Source: Alphaproteobacteria bacterium (GTDB lineage: Bacteria; Pseudomonadota; Alphaproteobacteria; UBA9219). Taken from it: a DNA stretch of 64,000 nucleotides. A program made the position numbers and the translations under genes. Shown one piece after another: positions 9,005 to 16,938 of the stretch; positions within the stretch are counted from its first letter, which is position 1, and each line of letters starts with the position of its first letter. The notes below the pieces were generated by a model that was not told where the DNA came from, did not search any database, and saw nothing but the letters and a program-made list of their open reading frames with translations. The stretch is taken from NCBI GenBank assembly GCA_028683655.1, contig JAQUHK010000001.1:11526-75525 (forward strand), read 5' to 3'.

Positions 9005-9654
9005 TATTTACCCCGTCTTTTGGCGGGTGTGTCTGCCTTCGACCAGAAAAGCTCAAACTCTTGAACATAACGCTCGGTCAAAAACTTTGAATGGATCGTG
9101 ATGAACTCTTTTTTGTGGCTCGACTCGTTGAGCGACATGACGAGATAATCATCATAAATGTAATAGGGCGCCATGACCGCATAGGCCTTATCGAGAGTGC
9201 GATACTCACAGTAAGCAAGGGGTAAGTTAACCTCACCCTTAATGGCCAAGACTTGTGCATCAAGCCCATCAATCTCGCCCATGCGCTGTGTGTGTTCGCT
9301 GACAAAATTATCGGCATAAGGCAAATAGCGTTCGTCACCAAAGTTAAACTGGCGAATACGTCCACCGTCTTTGAGTGTTTCATAAATGTGATCGAGAAGT
9401 TGGCGATAGCCCGCTTTGCCGGAATAGATACGCATATTCTGCTTGCGTATCTTCACGCCTTCATCTTCCAGAAACTCTACGCCGTGCTTGTCAAAAGCAG
9501 CAAGGATGCGGGTTAGTGTTTTTTCTTGGGGCTGCACAAGATCGGATTCAATCTTGCTAATCGTCACACGCGTGGTGCCTGCCTTTTTGGCAAGGTCTTC
9601 GGCCTTCCACTCTAACAGGCCTCGCGCTGCGCGTATTTGACGTCCTGTAATCAT
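9004..9654 (-). CDS. XRE-family helix-turn-helix transcriptional regulator with C-terminal domain of unknown function
   Basis: N-terminal HTH (QIRAARGLLEWKAEDLAKKAGTTRVTISKIES). About 150 aa of unassigned C-terminal sequence. Confidence 0.6.
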   Translation of the reverse strand: MITGRQIRAARGLLEWKAEDLAKKAGTTRVTISKIESDLVQPQEKTLTRILAAFDKHGVEFLEDEGVKIRKQNMRIYSGKAGYRQLLDHIYETLKDGGRIRQFNFGDERYLPYADNFVSEHTQRMGEIDGLDAQVLAIKGEVNLPLAYCEYRTLDKAYAVMAPYYIYDDYLVMSLNESSHKKEFITIHSKFLTERYVQEFELFWSKADTPAKRRGK

Positions 9655-9722
9655 GAACTATCCATACCATAAACAGGTTGGTTAATTCCATGCGAAAGTG
9701 ATGTTTTTAACCTTTCAGCCCC

Positions 9723-10640
9723 TCAACTGGGGGCTGGGACGGGCAAAACAGGCTGTTTGGCTTTCATAAACTCGACCGCCCGCGTGGCATGGGCGGCGGC
9801 GGTGAAGATCAGTTTCTTGTCGCTTTTAAGGGCTTTGAGCCAATGGTCGATATAGGCGGCATGATCCTCGCGGATTTCTGGCGTGATGCCTAAATCCGCG
9901 CAAAGGAAGGCCGCGCCAATCTCGGCAACAAGCTCTTCCTTGGCATAGCCTTCATCACCCCACACGACACGACCAAAGTCGCGGTCAAGGCGGCTCTTGT
10001 GTTTTGTCCAGTGCGTTGTCTCATGGGCAAGCGTGGCGTAATAACTTTCTGCGTCTTTGAAAGCATCGAAGGACGGCATCTGGATATGATCGCTGCCTTC
10101 TGCGTAATAGGCCCTGCCGCCGCCATGCCGGATGACGACTCCCGTATTCATCATAAAATCATCGACGGATACAAGGCGTTCGATAAGGGACGTTTCAGGC
10201 AAAGCCTCTGGGCGAATAAGGAACCGCTCCGGCAAGCCTTCAATCTGTTCGACATTGAACACATTGTACCCGCGCATAAAGGGAATATGTCGCTCGACAT
10301 CCGCGCCCGTCATGGAGTCGGCCTCAAGCTTTGTAATCTTGTCGGCATAAACGATAAAGGAAGATTTCTCACCCTTGCGGACATGCGCCCCATAGACTTC
10401 AGCTTGTTTGAAGGTCATCCAAGTCGGGTTCTGATAACCGCCGCGTAAGGCAGCATCCCATAGGAGTAAAACATTCACGCCGTTATAGGCCTCGCCATTA
10501 TGGCGCAAGGGGCGCATGATACGGCTTGCGGTACTGTCGCCGCTCCAAGGTTTTTGCCAAGGGCGCACCCCTTGCTCAAGATCAGCAATAATCTTTTGCG
10601 TCACACGATCATAGACGTTGAGTTTGGTCGGTTCTGTCAT
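9723..10640 (-). CDS. ardC: ArdC-like antirestriction protein (N-terminal ssDNA-binding DUF1738 domain + C-terminal zincin-like metallopeptidase domain)
   Basis: N-terminus NVYDRVTQKIIADLEQGVRPWQKPW...NGVNVLLLW matches the ArdC N-domain. C-terminal HExxH (LAHETTHWTKH). Confidence 0.8.
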   Translation of the reverse strand: MTEPTKLNVYDRVTQKIIADLEQGVRPWQKPWSGDSTASRIMRPLRHNGEAYNGVNVLLLWDAALRGGYQNPTWMTFKQAEVYGAHVRKGEKSSFIVYADKITKLEADSMTGADVERHIPFMRGYNVFNVEQIEGLPERFLIRPEALPETSLIERLVSVDDFMMNTGVVIRHGGGRAYYAEGSDHIQMPSFDAFKDAESYYATLAHETTHWTKHKSRLDRDFGRVVWGDEGYAKEELVAEIGAAFLCADLGITPEIREDHAAYIDHWLKALKSDKKLIFTAAAHATRAVEFMKAKQPVLPVPAPS

Positions 10641-10738
10641 GCGCTGTCTCCTTTGCTTATGTTAAAAACCCACGCACTCGGACAAGCGCATGGCATTACG
10701 GGCTTTGGGCCTGTAATTTCTGGTGATGATTTGTGCTG

Positions 10739-12127
10739 TTACCGTTGCGGCGGTGTGAACGGGACAAACCCAATGGGTGCGAGTTCCGGCCACAGGGTAA
10801 AAAACCGCGCAGGGAACTTGTGACCCCAGACTTTCCAATCGAGGATCGCCGCTTCCGGCCAGCCTTTCTTGGTGGGTGCTGGTCTTGTTGGGGTTGGTTC
10901 TTGCCTCTTGGGTGATATATGTACGGCTTTAATGGAAACGGGACGCAGCGGTTTGTTTGTCTCGGGGGTGTGCGCAGAAGCAAGATTGAATCCAGCCCCT
11001 CCGCCACATGATCTACGCTTGCCCCCATGCTTCTTGGAATTCATACAGCGCATGAGTTCCGAGACAGGGCGCGGACGTAGCGCGGCAAGGTCTGGGAACT
11101 TCTTGTTCAACCCCTTCGCCACGTCCTTGCCAAGCAGTCGATCCAGATTATGCCGCTCACCGTTGCCGTCGATAATGGCAAAACCCTTTAACCCGCGTCC
11201 CAGCGCATACCCCTTCTTGTTGAGGCTTGCGAAGAACGCCGCGCCGGACTTGCTGGCGCGATAGGCCCGTTGCACGCCCTCGCGCACCTGTTGCAGGTCT
11301 GTCGGTTCTTTCTTCTCACGCGGTGCATTGGCTTTAAGCGGCTTACACGCCTTTACCAGTTCGGCATGATCCGGATAATTTTCGCGCTCAATGCCCACGA
11401 GCTTCTGACGCAAGTCAGCCAGCTTCTTTCCCTCAATCTGTCGCATGAGGCCGTGGGTGTCCCCGAACCTATCCACCAGCACCAGTTGACCGCGCTGCCC
11501 CTTCGTTAAAACAAAGCCAGCTTTATCAAGCGCGGCGATAAACTCTTGCGTTGTCGCGTTAGCATGAAAGATGGCCGTAACATCCTTGCGCATCTTGCGC
11601 GGATCAATGCCTGTGCGCTTGCCGCGTTGCATCTCCCATGTCCGTGCGGCCTTACCTTTGATATCTGTTGTCGAGAGGCCAAAGATTTCTTCAAGGCCAC
11701 GAGAGATTTTCCATTCCTTGGTTTTTGACCATTTAAGCTCATGCGTCTTGCCCGTAGTCGGGTTAATAATGTTGAACACAAGGTGAAAATGCTGCTTGCC
11801 CTTCTTCCAATGTTCGACAAGCGCGCAATCATGCCCCACAAGGCCCATATGTTCGGCATAGTACGCCACCATAAATTTTTGTTGAGCCGCGTTTAGGGTT
11901 TCGCCATAGGCAGGGGCAAGGATGGCGTGATAAAGATTGCGCTTCTGCCCCTTGCCATAACCTATAGCTTCCATCTGGCGCAGGGCTTTGGTCAGGTTGC
12001 CACTCGTCAGCCCGTCAAAGGCAAAGCCGCCGAGTTCCTTAACGGAAACAGACTCGTTCTCTTCGGTTTTCTGTAAATGATAGGCGAGGTCTTTCGCACC
12101 GCCGCGTCTGCGCCCCTGAATCCACAT
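10739..12127 (-). CDS. MobA/MobP-family relaxase (mobilization nuclease domain protein)
   Basis: N-terminal relaxase domain (IQGRRRGGAKDLAYHLQK..., histidine motif HFHLVFNIINP). Long basic/Pro-rich C-terminus. Confidence 0.8.
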   Translation of the reverse strand: MWIQGRRRGGAKDLAYHLQKTEENESVSVKELGGFAFDGLTSGNLTKALRQMEAIGYGKGQKRNLYHAILAPAYGETLNAAQQKFMVAYYAEHMGLVGHDCALVEHWKKGKQHFHLVFNIINPTTGKTHELKWSKTKEWKISRGLEEIFGLSTTDIKGKAARTWEMQRGKRTGIDPRKMRKDVTAIFHANATTQEFIAALDKAGFVLTKGQRGQLVLVDRFGDTHGLMRQIEGKKLADLRQKLVGIERENYPDHAELVKACKPLKANAPREKKEPTDLQQVREGVQRAYRASKSGAAFFASLNKKGYALGRGLKGFAIIDGNGERHNLDRLLGKDVAKGLNKKFPDLAALRPRPVSELMRCMNSKKHGGKRRSCGGGAGFNLASAHTPETNKPLRPVSIKAVHISPKRQEPTPTRPAPTKKGWPEAAILDWKVWGHKFPARFFTLWPELAPIGFVPFTPPQR

Positions 12128-12726
12128 CAGCGGTTGCGCTTCGTGTGTTCGTCAATGGCAAGATGAATAATATCGCCAATGTGTTTGTCTTCATGTAAGG
12201 CTAAAGATAGTTTGGCGGCTTGACGCTCGATGGCATAGAGAAAAGACGAAAGGCTCCTGTCGTCCGACCGTCCCATATTAACGTTCTTAACGGCCTGATT
12301 AAACCCATGCCCCAGCTTGGTCAGCTCGTCTTGAAAGTGGTAAAGATTGATCCCGTGAGGTAGCCTTCCGCCATGAAGAGCGTTGGTCAAAACTGACGCT
12401 GCATGGATCAATTGGCTGTGGGTGGCGGCTAAACCCTCCACGTCTGGCAACGCGGACTTGAGCTGCTTACAATTGCCGCCGATCTTGTTCACGATGCCCA
12501 GCAAGTCATGCAGCTCCGTAAAACAGGCCACGGGGCGGCGTTTAAGTGCCTTCAAACAACTTTGTGGCAAGATACGGACGCGCACCAACACCATGAGGAT
12601 AAAGCTTGAAAGCTGCAAACCCTCGCGTTCTGCTGCTTGAACAACAAGGGCTTTTTGTTCGGCATTAACACGCACGACGATCATGCTGTTGCGAGCGCGT
12701 TTTACAGGCATCTTGATTTCTGTCAT
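12127..12726 (-). CDS. mobC: MobC-family mobilization (relaxosome accessory) protein
   Basis: RHH-like segment SMIVVRVNAEQKALVVQAAEREGLQLSSFI. Immediately upstream of, and overlapping, the relaxase gene. Start chosen at the ATG (MTEIKM...) preceded by an AGAGGTG RBS. Confidence 0.65.
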   Translation of the reverse strand: MTEIKMPVKRARNSMIVVRVNAEQKALVVQAAEREGLQLSSFILMVLVRVRILPQSCLKALKRRPVACFTELHDLLGIVNKIGGNCKQLKSALPDVEGLAATHSQLIHAASVLTNALHGGRLPHGINLYHFQDELTKLGHGFNQAVKNVNMGRSDDRSLSSFLYAIERQAAKLSLALHEDKHIGDIIHLAIDEHTKRNR

Positions 12727-12797
12727 AAACACCTCTTGTGTTCTTATTAGGGGAATGAAGCGGGTGCATGGGCGGCAGCCCTGTAAGGCTTCTTTTC

Positions 12798-12838
12798 CAA
12801 AACGTATGACGTTTTGCGAAAGGGCGGGTTCGTATGAC
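12798..12838. promoter_or_regulatory. candidate oriT: perfect inverted repeat CAAAACGT-ATG-ACGTTTTG followed by a repeated CGTATGAC motif, upstream of mobC
   Basis: Seen directly in the sequence. The position relative to mobC/relaxase is typical for oriT. A near-identical palindrome recurs at 15283..15300. Confidence 0.35.
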
Positions 12839-12888
12839 AACGTAATACAACCCACTCCTTGCGAAGCCTGCGACGAAGACTAAAACCC

Positions 12889-13149
12889 TTACTCGTCTGA
12901 CCAGTCACAGCGGCACAGGGGGATCAGGAAAGTGCTGCCGCCCTGTGCCCGTGGCACCTGAATAAAAGTCGTCGTTTCATCATGAAGACCGCATGTTGTG
13001 CGAAACATAAACTCGGTCAGGATCACGGCCATCTGGTCCGGCCATTCGTGGGCAATGGCTTCATAAACAGCGTCAGGCTCCATCTCCATGTAACGCTCGA
13101 TGGCTTGCGTTAAGGCAAGATCAATCAGCTCAGACATATTGGTTCTCAT
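12889..13149 (-). CDS. hypothetical protein (86 aa)
   Basis: ORF only. Confidence 0.3.
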   Translation of the reverse strand: MRTNMSELIDLALTQAIERYMEMEPDAVYEAIAHEWPDQMAVILTEFMFRTTCGLHDETTTFIQVPRAQGGSTFLIPLCRCDWSDE

Positions 13150-13429
13150 GCGAGGCCTACCTTTCTACGATGTGAGGGAAGAGGAAACGCGGGGGTGCAA
13201 TCGGCGTACGTTTCATGCGCCGTTGAAGCTTTTAAAGGCTATAGAAATGGAATGCGGAGAAACAAAAAACCGCCCGTCAAAAAGAGGGGCGGCTGGGTAG
13301 CTTTGCGGCATTTAGACGTATTGCTACGATAACGAATTGATACCAGAAAACATGACCTGCGTCAACGGAAAAGTTATGCTTAATGCAAGATAGTTACGCT
13401 TCGTGTAACGGCGTGTAATATACTTAACA

Positions 13430-13915
13430 TTAACCAAGCTTCCATAACTTAGCCAATGCCTCAAGGGCGCGGTGCAGGGTGCGAAGCTTGACTGTACCGC
13501 CCGCCCATTCATCATGGCCACAAACAGAAATGATAAGAGCCTTCTGCGTGGGCGTTAAAACGCCATAGGCTTCACGCAAGACCCGCTCACTGTGTACAGG
13601 CGTAATGAAGGCCATTTCTGGATCGCCATGAGCTCCTGCGCCTGTGTCTTCTGCGTGAATGCGCAGAACAGCCCGCAAATACGCCGCCTTGAACTTGATC
13701 CCTACACGGTGTTCATCTTGGGTGATCTTGCCACGCAAAAGATAGGCATCCAGCGGCGTATCGCCAATGACCTTATAGCGGCACATAAGGACTTTGTTAT
13801 CGGTATCGCGATCAATGACCTCAGTCACGATCCGGCTTTGGTTGCGCCGCTCCGGTGTCGGGCCTTCGCCCACACGAACTGGAATGCTCTTTCTCTTATG
13901 CAGCCGCGTCGCCAT
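13430..13915 (-). CDS. hypothetical protein (161 aa) of mobile-element backbone
   Basis: ORF of good coding quality. No motif recognised. The overlapping plus-strand ORF 13592..14053 was judged a shadow. Confidence 0.4.
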   Translation of the reverse strand: MATRLHKRKSIPVRVGEGPTPERRNQSRIVTEVIDRDTDNKVLMCRYKVIGDTPLDAYLLRGKITQDEHRVGIKFKAAYLRAVLRIHAEDTGAGAHGDPEMAFITPVHSERVLREAYGVLTPTQKALIISVCGHDEWAGGTVKLRTLHRALEALAKLWKLG

Positions 13916-14147
13916 CGTGCGTTCCTTGGGCTTATGGTTATCTCTTTAATAAATATGCACCACACCAATCAAAACAACTATGCAACAAGTCCTTCTTCCC
14001 AACCCATAGCAAGATTGTTCCGGTTTGTCAACGGTAATTATCATTGCGTATAGTCTAAATATACATGGCATACTTATCAAGAGGCCGTTGTTTGGGAACG
14101 ACAATCAAGGTTTTATGATTAACAGCTCCTACCAAACCCGAAAAAAC

Positions 14148-14195
14148 TTGACTTTTGTTATGCGGGCGTTACATAATGCGTAATCATATGTAACG
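14148..14195 (+). promoter_or_regulatory. sigma70-like promoter (TTGACT-N16-TACATAAT) overlapped by inverted repeat CGTTACAT-N13-ATGTAACG; putative autoregulated operator of the downstream XRE gene
   Basis: Hexamers and palindrome read directly from the sequence. Confidence 0.35.
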
Positions 14196-14212
14196 TGCGT
14201 TTGCGCCACGTT

Positions 14213-14680
14213 ATGCTCACCACCAAAAGAACAAGAAAGGGCACTGCATTGACGGGCACCCCACAGATTCCTAACCGTATCAAGGAACTTCGCGAAGAGC
14301 GGGGCCTATCGTCGCGTGAGCTTGCCAAGCGGATTGGCACCTCCGCGCCCCACATGAGCCGCCTTGAAAACGCCCAGTCACCGCTTAGCATTGAATGGAT
14401 ACTCAAGATCGCGGCGGCTTTGGATGTTAATAGCCACGAGATTATGGACTTGCCGCTTGATCGCAAGCTGGCGGCAAGCTGTGACGATGCACTTCTCGGC
14501 TCGGCCTTGGGCTGGCTTATGGAAGCCGCAGACCGCCACAAGATTAAACTCACCCGCCAAGCCCTCGCGAAATGGGCGAGCTACGTTTACAAAGAAGCCC
14601 TCTCGCAGCCCCTCAACGCCAAGCAAACCAAATACCTCGCCACCACCATCATCAAAGTCCTATCCCAGTCTAAGAAATAG
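14213..14680 (+). CDS. XRE-family helix-turn-helix transcriptional regulator
   Basis: HTH IKELREERGLSSRELAKRIGTSAPHMSRLENAQ. The ORF frame opens at a GTG at 14195; the ATG at 14213 is preferred. Confidence 0.6.
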   Translation: MLTTKRTRKGTALTGTPQIPNRIKELREERGLSSRELAKRIGTSAPHMSRLENAQSPLSIEWILKIAAALDVNSHEIMDLPLDRKLAASCDDALLGSALGWLMEAADRHKIKLTRQALAKWASYVYKEALSQPLNAKQTKYLATTIIKVLSQSKK

Positions 14681-14786
14681 CACACAGGCCATTTAACCAA
14701 GCGCAAGCGGTCGAATCTTGTTGAGATTCAACACCTCTTGCTTGTATTCTTTTCGAATTGCGTCTATTAAGGGACGCCACAAAATG

Positions 14787-14810
14787 ACCGCCCTTCAGGG
14801 CGGTTTTTTT
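14787..14810 (+). terminator. rho-independent terminator (ACCGCCC-TTCA-GGGCGGT + T7)
   Basis: Perfect 7-bp GC stem followed by a T-run. Confidence 0.6.
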
Positions 14811-15516
14811 GTGGCGTGCGCCTCCGCGCGTTCGAACCCGCAGGGTTCGACAAAACGCTTGGTGAGGGCACACCGCAGCCTCCAGCTCGTGAATGAGCCG
14901 CGTCTTCAACAAGGACCCCTTTTTATTGCGGGGTATTTTTGCTGGGGTGATGGAAACTTTCCTGATTTTAGTCTCGCGTGAAAGATGTTTTAGAATATCG
15001 TTATATATCAACAGGTTGGTGGGTGGTCTCGATTTTGAGAAAGCTGTTATACATCAACGACTTAGCCTAAAAAGACTCCCGAACAGACCCGTGAGCGTAC
15101 CAAATGAGGGCTCAGCTCGCTCTCAGAGCCCTTTTTTGTCTCGGTTCGTTGATTCTAAAGGGTTTTTTCTGAATCGAAGAGGCGGCCTTCTGTACCCCGT
15201 TTTTTGAGGGGGCGAGAGGCTTAGAGCCTGTTTACAAAGTGACATCGGATTCGAAAAACAGGGTCATTCCGGCACAGGGCGACAAAACGTATACGTTTTG
15301 CGCGGAGGGCCGTAAGGCCCGAAGTCCGAGGCTTGCCGAGGATACAAACAGGCAAAAAGCCTGTTTGTACAAATCCAGCGGCACGCCCCGCATCAAGTGC
15401 GGGGCAGGCTAGCGGACCAAAAGAGTCTTATGCGCGGCAGACGCCGCGCCACTGGACTCCGGCTTTCGCCGGAGTGACGCAGTTAGGGATAATGTCACAA
15501 GATTGTAAACAGGCTC

Positions 15517-15846
15517 TTACCGTCCCTGCACGATGATGCGGTATTGATAGACGTGGAGCTCGTTGTCGTCGTCGCGGGAGCGGATGATGAGGTTGGTTTC
15601 CCCGATGCCGCCCGTGGCGATCAGGCTGACCACATCGGTGGCTTGCTCGGCCTTGACGATGGAGGGATCGCCGACGGCGACAGACTGGACACGGCCTTGG
15701 TCGGGCATTTCGACTTGGGTGGCCATGCCGACCGTGATGCGGATATCCGGCATGTTGGTCGAGGCTTGGATGATCTTGGGGCTGCTTGAGGCGCAAGCGC
15801 AGGCGGCCAGCAGAACCAGAAGAAGAGAGGCTGTTTTCTTGAACAT
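15517..15846 (-). CDS. small lipoprotein with pilus-assembly N-terminal (CpaC/secretin N-domain-like) fold
   Basis: Lipobox LLAACAC. The segment RITVGMATQVEMPDQGRVQSVAVGDPSIVKA...NLIIRSRDDDNELHVYQYRIIV resembles the T2SS/T3SS pilus N-terminal domain. Confidence 0.45.
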   Translation of the reverse strand: MFKKTASLLLVLLAACACASSSPKIIQASTNMPDIRITVGMATQVEMPDQGRVQSVAVGDPSIVKAEQATDVVSLIATGGIGETNLIIRSRDDDNELHVYQYRIIVQGR

Positions 15847-15945
15847 GGCGATCCTCGTGCAAAAGCGGTTGTCTGGAGCCAGAGTCCCGCTATTGCGCCT
15901 GTGAGTCAAGGTTTTTCCGTGGTGGCGGGCAGGGTGGAGCCTGTT

Positions 15946-16926
15946 TTACGCCGCATTAATCATCGCTTCGAACGCTTCCTCCCATGTGCCTTGGGTGGCG
16001 GCGCGGCTATATTCCGTGGCGCGGGCTTCAAAGAAGTTGGCGTGCTCCGCCGCGTTCATCATTTCGTCCATCCACGGCAGCGGGTTTTTCTCGACGTGAT
16101 AAACGGGTTGCAGATTAAGCTGCTGCAAACGGCGGTCGGCGATATAGCGGATATAGTTTTTCACGTCTTGAGCCGTCATGCCTTCGATGCCGCCCATCTC
16201 AAACGCGAGGTCGATAAAGGCATCTTCATGCGTGACGATTGTTTGGCAAGACTCGGTGAGTTCTTGCTGGAATTGCGGCGTCCAGACCTCGCGGTTTTCT
16301 TCGATAAAGGTGTGGAAGAGGCGGATGATGGACAGCGTGTGCAGCGTTTCGTCTCGCACCGACCATGTGACGATCTGGCCCATGCCTTTCATTTTGTTAA
16401 AGCGCGGAAAGTTCATCAGCATCGCGAACGAGGCGAAGAGTTGCAGCCCTTCTGTAAAGCCGCCAAAGACCGCGAGCGTGCGGGCGATTTCCGTCGGGTT
16501 ACTGCAATTGAAGTTTTGCATGTACTCATATTTGTCCTTCATTTCCTTGTAATGAAGGAAGGCGGAATACTCGATCTCTGGGATGCCGATCGTGTCGAGC
16601 AAATAGGAATAGGCCGCGATATGGATCGTCTCCATATTGGAAAAGGCCGAGAGCATCATCTGGATTTCTGTCGGCTGAAACACCTGCGCATAATGTTTCA
16701 TATAGCAGTTGTTCACTTCCACGTCGGCTTGCGTGAAAAAGCGGAAGATTTGCGTGAGCAGATTCTTTTCGGTATCCGTCAGCTTGCCCGTCCAGTCCTT
16801 GATGTCGTCGGCCATGGGCACTTCTTCGGGCAGCCAGTGAAGCTGTTGCTGCCGGTGCCAGCATTCATACGCCCACGGATAGCTGAAGGGTTTATAGACG
16901 GGATTATGTTCGAGCAGTTTTGACAT
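15946..16926 (-). CDS. nrdB: ribonucleotide reductase class I beta subunit
   Basis: Full-length match to R2 proteins, with a di-metal/tyrosyl region (..SNMETIHIAAYSYLL..). Confidence 0.9.
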   Translation of the reverse strand: MSKLLEHNPVYKPFSYPWAYECWHRQQQLHWLPEEVPMADDIKDWTGKLTDTEKNLLTQIFRFFTQADVEVNNCYMKHYAQVFQPTEIQMMLSAFSNMETIHIAAYSYLLDTIGIPEIEYSAFLHYKEMKDKYEYMQNFNCSNPTEIARTLAVFGGFTEGLQLFASFAMLMNFPRFNKMKGMGQIVTWSVRDETLHTLSIIRLFHTFIEENREVWTPQFQQELTESCQTIVTHEDAFIDLAFEMGGIEGMTAQDVKNYIRYIADRRLQQLNLQPVYHVEKNPLPWMDEMMNAAEHANFFEARATEYSRAATQGTWEEAFEAMINAA

Positions 16927-16938
16927 GAGGGGATTCCT

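Noticed and set aside
14815-14865. tRNA-like fragment (TTCGAACCC...GGTTCGAC) that could mark a tRNA-derived att site
   Set aside because: No acceptor stem or CCA context, and it does not fold into a cloverleaf. Only a short palindrome.
15901-16923. 340-aa plus-strand ORF overlapping nrdB
   Set aside because: Antisense to a well-conserved nrdB. The composition is not protein-like.
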